The notes under the pieces were generated by a model. That model searched no databases and had not been told where the DNA came from. It saw nothing but the letters and a program-made list of their open reading frames with translations. Below, one piece after another: positions 48,054 through 57,245 of a DNA stretch of 64,000 nt (positions are counted from its first letter, which is position 1; every line of letters starts with the position of its first letter). Source of the DNA: Chloroflexota bacterium (GTDB lineage: Bacteria > Chloroflexota > Anaerolineae > Anaerolineales > UBA4823). The stretch is from the NCBI GenBank assembly GCA_020349245.1, contig CP070764.1:4396372-4460371 (forward strand), read 5' to 3'. The position numbers and the translations under genes were made by a program.

Positions 48054-49568
48054 GTGGATTCACATACTAAAATTGGAAACCGGTTCCTCAAGTCAAATTT
48101 ACGCGCGAAGATCACACTTGGCGTGGTTATCCCTTTGACTTTAATCCTGGGTCTCTTCACGCTTATCGAAGCTTCCCGCCATCGGGATGTTGAAATCTAC
48201 AACTTGACCCTCCTTGCTTCGCAATCTGGAAAGGTGATCGAAAGTTCCTTGCGTAATGCAATGATGGAATCCAATTTTTCCGAGATGCAAAGGATTTTGG
48301 ATGCAGTCGGGGACACTGGTGATTTTAACGTCGTTTATTTGTTGGATAGCAATGGAAAAATTATCTTCTCTCCACATGGGCAGGACGTCGGTAAGCGCTT
48401 AGACAACAGCCATCCTACCTGCCAGGAATGCCATAGATTATCCCCAGAAGCCAGACCGAGCAGTGTTGTGGTTGCAGATGATGGTCAACGAGTCTTCCGG
48501 AGCATGTATCCAATTCGGAACTCCCCAGAGTGCATGACATGTCACGATCCCCAGGAACCCATTATTGGGCTGTTGCTGACGGATATCCCTTTTGCAAAGG
48601 TGGAATCGGCTTTGGGAGCAGACCTCCGGGAAAATCTTTTATGGTGGTTAGGAACGATACTGGCAACAGTTGTCGTGGTTAATGTTTCCCTAAGCAAAAT
48701 TGTCATTGAAAGATTGCAAAGATTATCGCAGGCCTTGACTGGATTTGGTCAAGATCGATTGGGTCTCCGCTTGCCAACCGATGCTCCTGACGAGATTGGT
48801 CAGCTATCAGAAGCCTTTAATAACATGAGCCGGCGTATTGAAGAAGAGGTCGCCGAGAATCTTGCCCTATCCGATCATCTATATCATCAGAGCCAACAGC
48901 GTGGTGAGCTGCTCAAACACTTGATCACTGCACAAGAGGACGAACGCAAGCGGGTTGCACGGGAACTCCATGATGATTTGGGCCAGGCCCTGGGGGCACT
49001 TTCCCTGCAAACCGAGGCTGTCGAACGGCTCATCGACAGTAATCCAGAAGGTGCCATCCAGCAGTTGCGCTTAACCCGGGAACTTATCGATGGCACCACT
49101 GAAAGCATGTATGAGCTGATTTTAGATTTACGCCCTTCTGTACTTGATGATCTTGGGTTACTATCTGCGCTGCAAGCTCAGGCAGAAAGGTGTTTAGAAG
49201 GCAGCTCAATTCAATTCGAGCTGAATACAGACGGCCTGACAGAACGGCTTGAGCCAGAACTTGAGACGACCCTATACAGAATTTACCAAGAAACCCTGAA
49301 CAATGCCAGGCGTCATTCTGGTGCAAGGAATATCTCTATCACCATCTCGATCCATAACGGATATCTCGAGAGTGAGATCCGGGATGATGGTCACGGTTTC
49401 GATTTACAAGAATTGGATACCGACCGCGGTCATCACCATGGATGGGGATTAATCGGGATCAAGGAGCGAGTCAGCCAATGGGGAGGACAGATTGAGATTA
49501 TCACAGATCCAGAGAATGGAACCCTTATCAAATTACGTTTTCCCTTGCTGGAGGTAAATGGTGGCTGA
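48054..49568 (+). CDS. sensor histidine kinase with a periplasmic dihaem-c-type (2 x CXXCH) sensor domain, HAMP, HisKA_3, HATPase_c
   Basis: TM1 (aa about 20-40). The extracytoplasmic domain contains CQECH (48420-48434) and CMTCH (48531-48545). Then TM2, HAMP, H-box ARELHDDLGQ, NNARRHS and GWGLIGIKER. Confidence 0.88.
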   Translation: MDSHTKIGNRFLKSNLRAKITLGVVIPLTLILGLFTLIEASRHRDVEIYNLTLLASQSGKVIESSLRNAMMESNFSEMQRILDAVGDTGDFNVVYLLDSNGKIIFSPHGQDVGKRLDNSHPTCQECHRLSPEARPSSVVVADDGQRVFRSMYPIRNSPECMTCHDPQEPIIGLLLTDIPFAKVESALGADLRENLLWWLGTILATVVVVNVSLSKIVIERLQRLSQALTGFGQDRLGLRLPTDAPDEIGQLSEAFNNMSRRIEEEVAENLALSDHLYHQSQQRGELLKHLITAQEDERKRVARELHDDLGQALGALSLQTEAVERLIDSNPEGAIQQLRLTRELIDGTTESMYELILDLRPSVLDDLGLLSALQAQAERCLEGSSIQFELNTDGLTERLEPELETTLYRIYQETLNNARRHSGARNISITISIHNGYLESEIRDDGHGFDLQELDTDRGHHHGWGLIGIKERVSQWGGQIEIITDPENGTLIKLRFPLLEVNGG

Positions 49569-50211
49569 TCAAATAGCCGTACTGATTGCCGATGATCATA
49601 CAATCGTCCGCTCGGGTGTGCGCTTATTGCTGGAAGCTGAAATGGACATTAAAGTTGTAGGTGAGGCATTAAATGGCCAGGAGGCGCTCAAATTGGCGGA
49701 AGAGCTGCAGCCAGATGTCGTGCTTATGGATATCTCCATGCCTGAGATGGATGGACTGGAAGCGACCAGGGAAATCAAGTCTCGTTTTCCCCAAATCAAT
49801 GTACTTATACTGACCATGCACAGGTCTGACGAATACTTTTTTAATGTTTTGAAAGCTGGTGCATCTGGTTATATTCTGAAGGGTGCCAAGACCAGTGAAC
49901 TTATCGAGGCCGTGCATATCGTCCAGCGGGGCGAGGTTTTCCTGTACCCATCGATGACCCAAAAACTGGTTCAGGGATATTTACAGTTGGCAGATTGGGA
50001 AAGTGAGGGGGAAGATCCATTGAGTCCCCGGGAAAAAGAGATTTTCAAGCTTTTAGCTGAAGGTTACAGCAACAAGGAGATCGCTGATAAGCTGGTAATC
50101 AGCCCGAGTACTGTTCATTCACACCGCGGCAATTTGATGGAAAAGCTGGGTCTTCAGAATCGGCGAGATTTGATTCAATATGCCAGAAAGCAAGGTCTCT
50201 TGAAAGAGTAA
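49558..50211 (+). CDS. NarL/LuxR-family response regulator
   Basis: Receiver (LIADDHTIV, DVVLMDISMPEMDG) plus a LuxR HTH (LSPREKEIFKLLAEGYSNKEIADKLVISPSTV). It overlaps the kinase stop. Confidence 0.92.
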   Translation: MVADQIAVLIADDHTIVRSGVRLLLEAEMDIKVVGEALNGQEALKLAEELQPDVVLMDISMPEMDGLEATREIKSRFPQINVLILTMHRSDEYFFNVLKAGASGYILKGAKTSELIEAVHIVQRGEVFLYPSMTQKLVQGYLQLADWESEGEDPLSPREKEIFKLLAEGYSNKEIADKLVISPSTVHSHRGNLMEKLGLQNRRDLIQYARKQGLLKE

Positions 50212-50245
50212 TTTCGGGAAATCTTTACGAAAAAAGCATGTCCAT

Positions 50246-50280
50246 AAGAATCGCCAAATTATTTGGCGATTCTTTTTATT
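50246..50280 (+). terminator. rho-independent terminator after the response regulator
   Basis: aagaatcgccaaa (50246-50258) pairs with tttggcgattctt (50262-50274), followed by tttatt. Confidence 0.7.
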
Positions 50281-50333
50281 CGATTTGGCAAATTCCGTGA
50301 TTCACAAACGCACCATTTTTCACTAATATTATT

Positions 50334-50355
50334 CTAAGGATCCACTAAGGATCCA
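50334..50355. repeat. perfect 11-bp direct tandem repeat (ctaaggatcca x2)
   Basis: Units at 50334-50344 and 50345-50355. Each contains the palindrome GGATCC. The repeat lies about 15-20 nt upstream of the next ORF's start region. Confidence 0.8.
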
Positions 50356-50368
50356 CGTAGGACATGGA

Positions 50369-50710
50369 GTGATGATGGCCAACCGTCAGGTTTACGTGAT
50401 ATGGGTGAACCCACTATTCCATGATAGTTTGCACCAGTTGTTGGCTCATGCTGAAATCGAATGGGTGGGTGCTGCCTCAGATTTCTCAACCGCTGTAGAA
50501 GAGATCTCTCACCTCCATCCTGACACAATTCTCATCGAAGAGATGGCTGGAGCGACGACCACTTCTGCTTTCATGGAAATCGTGGAAAAGTTTCAGTGGG
50601 ATTTGCGGGTGGTGGGTGTCAGTCTCAGGGATAACCAAATGAGTGTTTTCCAGCATGCACAACAGACGGTGGGGCAACCAGAGGATTTGATACGGTTAAT
50701 TATCCAATGA
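50369..50710 (+). CDS. receiver-like (pseudo-receiver) domain protein, 113 aa
   Basis: CheY-like layout (VYVIWVNPLF...VGAASDFSTAVEEI..LHPDTILIEE), but the phospho-acceptor position reads E (LIEE), not D, and the N-terminal acidic pair is missing. The start is one of GTG/ATG/ATG at 50369-50377. Confidence 0.45.
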   Translation: MMMANRQVYVIWVNPLFHDSLHQLLAHAEIEWVGAASDFSTAVEEISHLHPDTILIEEMAGATTTSAFMEIVEKFQWDLRVVGVSLRDNQMSVFQHAQQTVGQPEDLIRLIIQ

Positions 50711-50847
50711 TAAAACACTTATTTTTCCGCATAGCAGATTGTTTTCTACCGTATATTCAACTGGCAAAGGAGGTTATTTATCCACTGGCAGATAATCATA
50801 GCTCAATTTGTTTGCCATCCTGCATGATAGTTAGAGGAGAATAAAAA

Positions 50848-52194
50848 ATGTTTAAAAAATTCATGCTTATTACGGGACTATTGTTGTTTGCCACCATCGT
50901 TTTGGTGGGGTGTGCTGGATCAGAAGGTGCTGAAGGCCCTCCTGGCCCTCAGGGTCCTGCTGGACCAGCTGGCCCTGCAGGTCCACCAGGATCTGGGGGA
51001 ACAGAGCTGACTGAAGATCAGCTTGCTGCGTTAGAAACGGCAGGTAACCTAGGTGGGATCCAATTCCCTGGTTTGGATGAGGTCCGCAGAGGTTGTCCAG
51101 CCTGTCATGTCCTTGTAAATGAGGAGACTGGACAATACACCTTGCCATATGAAGCTCATGAGAGGGCAGAAGCGCGCGGAAAAGAGCATCCAGAAGTCGC
51201 CCCCGATGGTACCTCGCTCGCCGCAACCGAGGATGTAAAGGTGACCACCTGCCTGCAGTGTCATGGGGCAGGAACCGGAGACCGTGCTGGTAAAGGAGTT
51301 ATCGCGCCGTTATCCCTGCGGGATATCGTCCATCCCGCTCATATGTACAGCCAGTGGTTTAAGCTGCACTACGGTGGCAACTGCTTTACCTGCCATAATG
51401 TGGATGGTGAAGGGAATTGGGAGCTTCTCACCGAGAAAGTTGAGGTGAATGAGAAAGGTGTCCCAGATCCTGAAGCGCTGCCAATCCCAGGTGCTGTTCC
51501 CATTGGGGAAGGGGCTACATCAAGCGCACTGTCCGGTTCAGTAGCTGCTGGCGGCCGGTTGTACGACAAATGGTGGACCGAAGCTGGTGTGGATGAGCCC
51601 AGCGGGGATCAGCCTGTGTGGGCAACCCAAACCACAAACACACGCAGCGGTGGGGATACCTGGCGCTGTAAAGAATGTCATGGATGGGATTACATGGGTG
51701 CTGCGGGTGCCTATGGTTCTGGATCTCACTTCACCGGTTTCCCGGGCGTATTCGATGTCCAATCGGAATCCGCTGAGGCGCTTGTGGCAATTCTGGATGG
51801 CAGTGCAAATCCAGATCACGACTTTTCTGCCATGGGAGAAGAAGCTCTCAACAACCTGGTGACATTCCTCAAAACGGGTTTGATTGATATGTCCACTCTG
51901 GTGGATGCCGAGACAAAAGCACCCGTGGGTGGCGATGCCGCGAATGGCGAGGCACTTTATGCTGCCTGTGCCGGCTGTCATGGTGAGGATGGACGAGCAG
52001 TCAACTTCGGTGATGATGAAGAACCGGAATATGTAGCAACAATCGCACTGGACAATCCCTGGGAATTCTTACATAAGGTGAGAGCGGGACAACCTGGCAC
52101 AGCCATGCCCGCCTCCTTGGATCTAGGATGGAGTACAGGTGAATTGCTCGATTTATTAGCTTTCGCCCAAACCTTGCCTGTTGAAGCACCCTAA
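50848..52194 (+). CDS. pentahaem c-type cytochrome lipoprotein with collagen-like stalk
   Basis: Lipobox LVGC, 10 G-X-Y triplets, then CPACH, CLQCH, CFTCH, CKECH, CAGCH. Confidence 0.88.
   Translation: MFKKFMLITGLLLFATIVLVGCAGSEGAEGPPGPQGPAGPAGPAGPPGSGGTELTEDQLAALETAGNLGGIQFPGLDEVRRGCPACHVLVNEETGQYTLPYEAHERAEARGKEHPEVAPDGTSLAATEDVKVTTCLQCHGAGTGDRAGKGVIAPLSLRDIVHPAHMYSQWFKLHYGGNCFTCHNVDGEGNWELLTEKVEVNEKGVPDPEALPIPGAVPIGEGATSSALSGSVAAGGRLYDKWWTEAGVDEPSGDQPVWATQTTNTRSGGDTWRCKECHGWDYMGAAGAYGSGSHFTGFPGVFDVQSESAEALVAILDGSANPDHDFSAMGEEALNNLVTFLKTGLIDMSTLVDAETKAPVGGDAANGEALYAACAGCHGEDGRAVNFGDDEEPEYVATIALDNPWEFLHKVRAGQPGTAMPASLDLGWSTGELLDLLAFAQTLPVEAP
50917..51006 (+). repeat. collagen-like (Gly-X-Y)10 coding repeat
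   Basis: [30 protein letters not shown], starting 2 residues after the lipobox Cys. Confidence 0.9.
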
Positions 52195-52223
52195 AAGGAT
52201 TTTGTAATAAAGTAAGTGTCGAA

Positions 52224-52248
52224 GGGCCGGAGATAACCACTCCGGCCC
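52224..52248 (+). promoter_or_regulatory. GC-rich hairpin after the pentahaem gene
   Basis: gggccggag pairs with ctccggccc across loop ataacca. There is no clear T-tract. It shares the gggccggaga...ccggccc core with 42814-42836. Confidence 0.4.
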
Positions 52249-52280
52249 AATGCAATATATGCTTGCCTTATGAGAATAGT

Positions 52281-52796
52281 ATGAAACGTTTTTGGTGGAT
52301 CGGACTCTTTGTTTTTGTGGTCATTGTCATCGTGATCGGAGCAATTCTGACCCGTATGCAGGTTTATGCCGCGCCTGAACAACCGATCGAGTACAGCCAC
52401 CGGATTCACGTGGAGAAAGACATCCAATGTTTATATTGTCATCCGGGTGCTGTTCAATCAGCAGTCGCTGGTATACCTTCCGTGCAAAAATGCATGGGTT
52501 GCCACAATGTAATTAAAGCCGATAGTCCAGAAATTCAGCAGGTTGCCAGTTATTATGATGAAGGCAAACCGATCCCTTGGATAAAGGTCAATCGTCAACC
52601 AGATTTCATCTATTTCAGTCACCTGCCTCACCTCGGCGCAAGTCTCAATTGTGAAACTTGCCATGGTGAGGTTGGCCAGATGGATGTAACGAAACAATTC
52701 GTCAAGATGGATATGGGTTGGTGTTTGGATTGCCATTTGAACCAACCAGCAGAAAAAGTAGGCCGTCTTGCGGACTGCCTGACTTGTCACAAGTGA
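52281..52796 (+). CDS. actA: alternative complex III subunit ActA (membrane-anchored pentahaem cytochrome c)
   Basis: N-terminal TM plus CLYCH, CMGCH, CETCH, CLDCH, CLTCH in 171 aa. It is the first gene of the act cluster. The track start at 52263 is TTG; the ATG is at 52281. Confidence 0.85.
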   Translation: MKRFWWIGLFVFVVIVIVIGAILTRMQVYAAPEQPIEYSHRIHVEKDIQCLYCHPGAVQSAVAGIPSVQKCMGCHNVIKADSPEIQQVASYYDEGKPIPWIKVNRQPDFIYFSHLPHLGASLNCETCHGEVGQMDVTKQFVKMDMGWCLDCHLNQPAEKVGRLADCLTCHK

Positions 52797-52804
52797 AAAA
52801 ATTT

Positions 52805-55018
52805 ATGACCAAGAAGATATCTCGGCGTGATTTTCTGAAGCTAAGCAGCGGAGCTATGGTGGTTACAGGTATTGCACCCAGCATCCGCAAGCTGGTTCTC
52901 GAACCCTATGTACAACCTCCGGAGGAGATTTTACCCGGGCAGGACACTTGGTATGCTAGTACCTGTCGCCAATGTCCAGCGGGATGTGGAATCATTGTGA
53001 GGGTGATCAATGGGCGAGCGAAGAAAATTGAAGGCAATCCCCTGCATCCGCTCAACCAAGGAAAATTGTGTGCTCGGGGCCAGGCTGGGCTACAAGTACT
53101 CTATCACCCGGATCGTCTTAAGAATGCAGTTCGCCAAGTTGGTGGGCGGGGCTCCCTGCAATATGAACCCCTCTACTGGTCAGAAGCTCTAGACATATTG
53201 ACAGAAAAACTCGAATCCTTGAGCACGCCGAATCGGGTTGCATTCTTGGGTGGTTTATTACCCTCTCATTTATACATATTGAGCACACGTTTACTCAACT
53301 CAATTGGGGCGGAGTCGCCGATTATTTATGACTTGCACTCTGCTCTTGAGGGTCGGTATTCGACCTTGAAATTATCTGAAACCTTATTTGGTTCTCCAGA
53401 ATTACCAATTTATGATCTGGCGAATGCTGAGGTGATCTACTCTTTTGGGGCAAACTTCCTGGAAACCTGGATGTCACCGGTCTCACAAAGTCATGCATAT
53501 GGGAATATGCGCCAAGGTCAATTTGGAGGTCGGGGTTTTCTTGTCCAATTTGAACCACGCTTATCAGCCACGGCGGCTTCTGCAGATGAATGGGTCCCAT
53601 TAAAACCAGGGGTAGAAGGATATGTTGCACTGGCGATTGGACGCATCATTGTAGAAGAACGGCTTGGAAATGTAGGCAGTCACCGACCCTATGCCGGTTT
53701 GTATCAAAACATTGATGTCCGTGAGATGGCGGCAGCGAGTCAGGTTCCGGCCGAAGATCTCAACCGGCTGGCACGAATTTTTGCGAATGCTGACCAGGCA
53801 ATGGCCATTCCTGGGGGCGGGTTATCTGGACAATCGAACGGGCAAGCAAGCATGCTGGCCATTCAAACCTTGAATTTACTGGTTGCTCAATTTGGAAAGG
53901 TGGGAGGAATATTTTTATCCCAACCTGGTCCAACAGCCGCTTATCGCCAAAATCCAAAAGTTGATTCGTTTGGGAATGTAACCGATTTAGTGGATCGCAT
54001 GCAAGCTGGTGAGATCGACCTGCTCCTGGTCCATGGAACGAATCCGGTCTTCGAATTACCCGCCTCGACAGGATTCGCAGAGGCAATTGCCCGGGTTCCA
54101 TATGTCATTTCTTTCAGTTCATTTGTGGATGAAACCACTATGCATGCTGACCTGGTCTTACCGGATCATACCTACCTGGAATCTTGGGGCCACGAAGTCC
54201 CCTCGCCAGGGTCGGGAAAACCCACAGTGAGCAGTCAGCAACCGGTAGTGCGTCCACTGTATGATACCCGCTCATCGGCGGATGTTTTCCTGGCAGTAGC
54301 GAAACGTTTGGGAGGTGAGGCAGCAAAGGCACTACCCTGGACTGATGAGGTTGCTTTCCTGCAAGAATTAGCTGATGAGCTCCATGGCTCCAGCCTTGGG
54401 GCATACGATGCAACGACCTCCAATAGCTTCTGGGCTCTCTGGCGTCAGTACGGTGGATGGTGGACGGAGAAAGAGATTCCTCGTGAACCCGATCTTTCCG
54501 CAATTCCTCAAGATCCACTGCCTATAACCGAACCGGTTTACGATGGAGAAGAGCAAGACTATCCATTCCATCTGCATCTATATCCATCGGTAACGCTGTC
54601 GGATGGGCGGGGTGCGCATTTACCCTGGTTGCAAGGAGCGCCGGATCCGATGACCACCGCAACTTGGGGGACCTGGGTGGAACTCAATCCTGAGACTGCC
54701 AGTAAATTAGGTGTCGATGACAATGATATTGTGCGGGTGATCTCTCCCTATGGAGAATTAGAAGCGCCAGTTGTTGTCTATCCAGGAATTCGTCCTGATG
54801 TGGTTGCAATCCCGGTTGGGCAAGGCCACCAGCAATATGGTCGCTTTGCCCAAAAGCGGGGTAGCAACCCGGTCGCTCTGGTATCTGCGATCACAGATTC
54901 CGAATCTGGCTCCCTTGCCTGGGGAGCTACCAGGGTGCAGATAGAAGCGACTGGACGAAAGGAAATCCTACCAAGATTAGAAAGTTTAGCTGGGGAAGGG
55001 CGTGAATCCATTGGATAA
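52805..55018 (+). CDS. actB: ACIII subunit ActB1 (molybdopterin-oxidoreductase-like, Tat signal), encoded separately from ActB2
   Basis: SRRDFLKLSSGA Tat motif, N-terminal CRQCPAGCG...KLCARG Cys cluster, 737 aa CISM-family-like protein. The start is the ATG at 52805; the track start at 52718 overlaps actA. Confidence 0.8.
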   Translation: MTKKISRRDFLKLSSGAMVVTGIAPSIRKLVLEPYVQPPEEILPGQDTWYASTCRQCPAGCGIIVRVINGRAKKIEGNPLHPLNQGKLCARGQAGLQVLYHPDRLKNAVRQVGGRGSLQYEPLYWSEALDILTEKLESLSTPNRVAFLGGLLPSHLYILSTRLLNSIGAESPIIYDLHSALEGRYSTLKLSETLFGSPELPIYDLANAEVIYSFGANFLETWMSPVSQSHAYGNMRQGQFGGRGFLVQFEPRLSATAASADEWVPLKPGVEGYVALAIGRIIVEERLGNVGSHRPYAGLYQNIDVREMAAASQVPAEDLNRLARIFANADQAMAIPGGGLSGQSNGQASMLAIQTLNLLVAQFGKVGGIFLSQPGPTAAYRQNPKVDSFGNVTDLVDRMQAGEIDLLLVHGTNPVFELPASTGFAEAIARVPYVISFSSFVDETTMHADLVLPDHTYLESWGHEVPSPGSGKPTVSSQQPVVRPLYDTRSSADVFLAVAKRLGGEAAKALPWTDEVAFLQELADELHGSSLGAYDATTSNSFWALWRQYGGWWTEKEIPREPDLSAIPQDPLPITEPVYDGEEQDYPFHLHLYPSVTLSDGRGAHLPWLQGAPDPMTTATWGTWVELNPETASKLGVDDNDIVRVISPYGELEAPVVVYPGIRPDVVAIPVGQGHQQYGRFAQKRGSNPVALVSAITDSESGSLAWGATRVQIEATGRKEILPRLESLAGEGRESIG

Positions 55019-55715
55019 TACAGAACCTCGTTGGGCAATGATCGTTGATTTAGACAGGTGTACTGGATGCCAGGCATGTGTGGTTGCCTGCCAGGCGGAA
55101 AACAATGTACCAACCGTAGGTGAGGCTGAAACGGCAAAAGGCCGCTGGCTCCATTGGATCCATATTGAAAGATATTGGGAAGGCGAGTACCCGAATATCA
55201 AGGCACGATTTATGCCCGTGATGTGTCAACAATGCGGAGAGGCGCCTTGTGAGCCAGTTTGTCCGGTCTTTGCCACCTATCATACGCCGGAAGGATTGAA
55301 TGCCCAGATTTATAACCGCTGTATTGGGACTCGTTTCTGCGGCAGCGCTTGCCCCTACAAAGTGCGAACCTACAACTGGTTTCGCCCAGAGTTTCCGGAG
55401 CCATTGAATGAGCAGCTCAACCCTGATGTATCTGTTCGCTCGCGTGGCTTGATTGAAAAGTGTACATTTTGCATCCAGCGCATACGGCGGGTAGAAATTG
55501 AGGCTCATGCGCAAGGACGTGAACCCGCTGATGGTGAAATCCAACCTGCCTGTGTACAAACCTGTGCTCCCGGTGCATTGGTCTTCGGAGATTTGAATGA
55601 TCCCGAGAGCCGGGTAAGTCAGTTATCTACGAGTCATCGATCCTTCAAACTCCTCGGCGAGCTGGGCACCAGCCCCGGGGTCATCTACCTTAAAGGAGGC
55701 GAAACGAATGTCTGA
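55002..55715 (+). CDS. actB: ACIII subunit ActB2 (4Fe-4S ferredoxin-type, NrfC/PsrB-like)
   Basis: RWAMIVDLDRCTGCQACVVAC, CQQCGEAPCEPVC, CIGTRFCGSACP and CTFCIQR...CVQTC cluster motifs. The GTG start at 55002 overlaps the ActB1 end by 17 nt in another frame. Confidence 0.85.
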   Translation: MNPLDNTEPRWAMIVDLDRCTGCQACVVACQAENNVPTVGEAETAKGRWLHWIHIERYWEGEYPNIKARFMPVMCQQCGEAPCEPVCPVFATYHTPEGLNAQIYNRCIGTRFCGSACPYKVRTYNWFRPEFPEPLNEQLNPDVSVRSRGLIEKCTFCIQRIRRVEIEAHAQGREPADGEIQPACVQTCAPGALVFGDLNDPESRVSQLSTSHRSFKLLGELGTSPGVIYLKGGETNV

Positions 55716-57129
55716 ATCAGAGGTGGTAGCATACCCTGAGGAAAGCAGTTCTGCGGAATTCGAAGATCGCCTGCTCCTCTCTGAACGAACAAGCGAAGAA
55801 ATCAATCGTGCTGTCCTAGAACCGATGTTCAGATCAAGTTGGCGCTTCTGGTTGCTGGTGGCCTTTTTAAGCGTTTTAGTTCTCTGGGGAGTGTTTGCCT
55901 GGGGGTACTTAATCTATTGGGGAATGGGAACCGCGGGCATCAATCGACCTGTTTATTGGGGATTTTTCATTGCTACTTTCGTATTTTGGGTTGGGATCAG
56001 TCACGCCGGAACAATGATCTCCGCGGTTTTACGGCTATTGAAGGCGGATTGGCGCCGGCCAATTACCCGGGGTGCAGAGGCCATGACAGCCTTTGCCCTG
56101 ATGATGGCTGGCTTATTCCCTTTCATTCACTTAGGAAGGGTTTGGAAATTTTATTGGATGATTCCCTATCCCAATAATCGTTTTATGTGGCCGAATTTCC
56201 AATCTCCCTTGATGTGGGATATGGTCGCCATCTTTACTTACCTGATTGGCTCGAGTCTCTATCTCTACCTGGCACTGATCCCAGATCTGGCCATGGCTCG
56301 TGACCACACTTCAAAATGGCGTCAGAAGCTCTACAGAATTTTATCCCTCGGATGGCGAGGTACGGAGGCGGAGTGGCATAAGCTCCAGCGGGCATTAAGC
56401 ATTTTTTCGGTGGCCATTATTCCAATCTTCCTCTCAGTCCACTCGATTGTCTCTTGGGATTTTGCCGTCACCATTCAACCTCGCTGGCACAGCACGATTT
56501 TCGCGCCCTACTTCGTGGTTGGCGCGATTTATTCGGGATTGGCTGCACTGGCTGCCATCCTTGTGATTGTTCGCAAGGGCATGCAGCTTCAGGAATTTCT
56601 ACGGGCTGAGCACTTTAATGCTCTCGGAAAATTAGTCATGGTGGCTGGCATGGCCTGGACCTATTTCTGGTTTGCAGGCTTTATCGTGGAATGGTATGGA
56701 AATGAACCGGTGATTCGTGAATTGATCCATGAAGAAGTATCCGGCGATCTCGCGCCACTCTTTTACCTGCAGATGTCTGCCAATTTGATCCCGATTGTCA
56801 TGCTGGTGTTTAAAAAAGTCCGCGTGACACCCTGGTTATTACTCCTCGCCGCAGTAATGGTCAACATTGGTATGTTTACAGAGCGTGTACTAATCGTTGT
56901 CGGCAGTTTGCAGCGCAACTTTATGCCTTTCAACTGGGGGGATTACAGTCCATCCTGGGTTGAAATAAGCATCGTTGTGATGACATTTGCTGGCTTTGCG
57001 CTTTTGTATACGCTTTTTTCACGTGTTTTCCCCTATGTCCCGGTTTGGGAGATCAAAGAAGGGCGTTTGCGTTATACGATGCGCCGGATTGGCCGCTTAT
57101 TGGTGCCAACCGCAGCTGAGATTGAGTAA
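55708..57129 (+). CDS. actC: ACIII subunit ActC (NrfD/PsrC-like quinol-interacting membrane subunit)
   Basis: 473-aa polytopic NrfD-family protein directly after the Fe-S subunit. Confidence 0.85.
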   Translation: MSESEVVAYPEESSSAEFEDRLLLSERTSEEINRAVLEPMFRSSWRFWLLVAFLSVLVLWGVFAWGYLIYWGMGTAGINRPVYWGFFIATFVFWVGISHAGTMISAVLRLLKADWRRPITRGAEAMTAFALMMAGLFPFIHLGRVWKFYWMIPYPNNRFMWPNFQSPLMWDMVAIFTYLIGSSLYLYLALIPDLAMARDHTSKWRQKLYRILSLGWRGTEAEWHKLQRALSIFSVAIIPIFLSVHSIVSWDFAVTIQPRWHSTIFAPYFVVGAIYSGLAALAAILVIVRKGMQLQEFLRAEHFNALGKLVMVAGMAWTYFWFAGFIVEWYGNEPVIRELIHEEVSGDLAPLFYLQMSANLIPIVMLVFKKVRVTPWLLLLAAVMVNIGMFTERVLIVVGSLQRNFMPFNWGDYSPSWVEISIVVMTFAGFALLYTLFSRVFPYVPVWEIKEGRLRYTMRRIGRLLVPTAAEIE

Positions 57130-57245
57130 TTGTGCATTTTACGGCAGGAGACTACATTGGTAGAAATTCCTGGTATTGCTTGCCAGATGATATGATGAGA
57201 CGAGTATTCAAGAAAAAAATATAACGAAGCGATAGATGAAAATCA

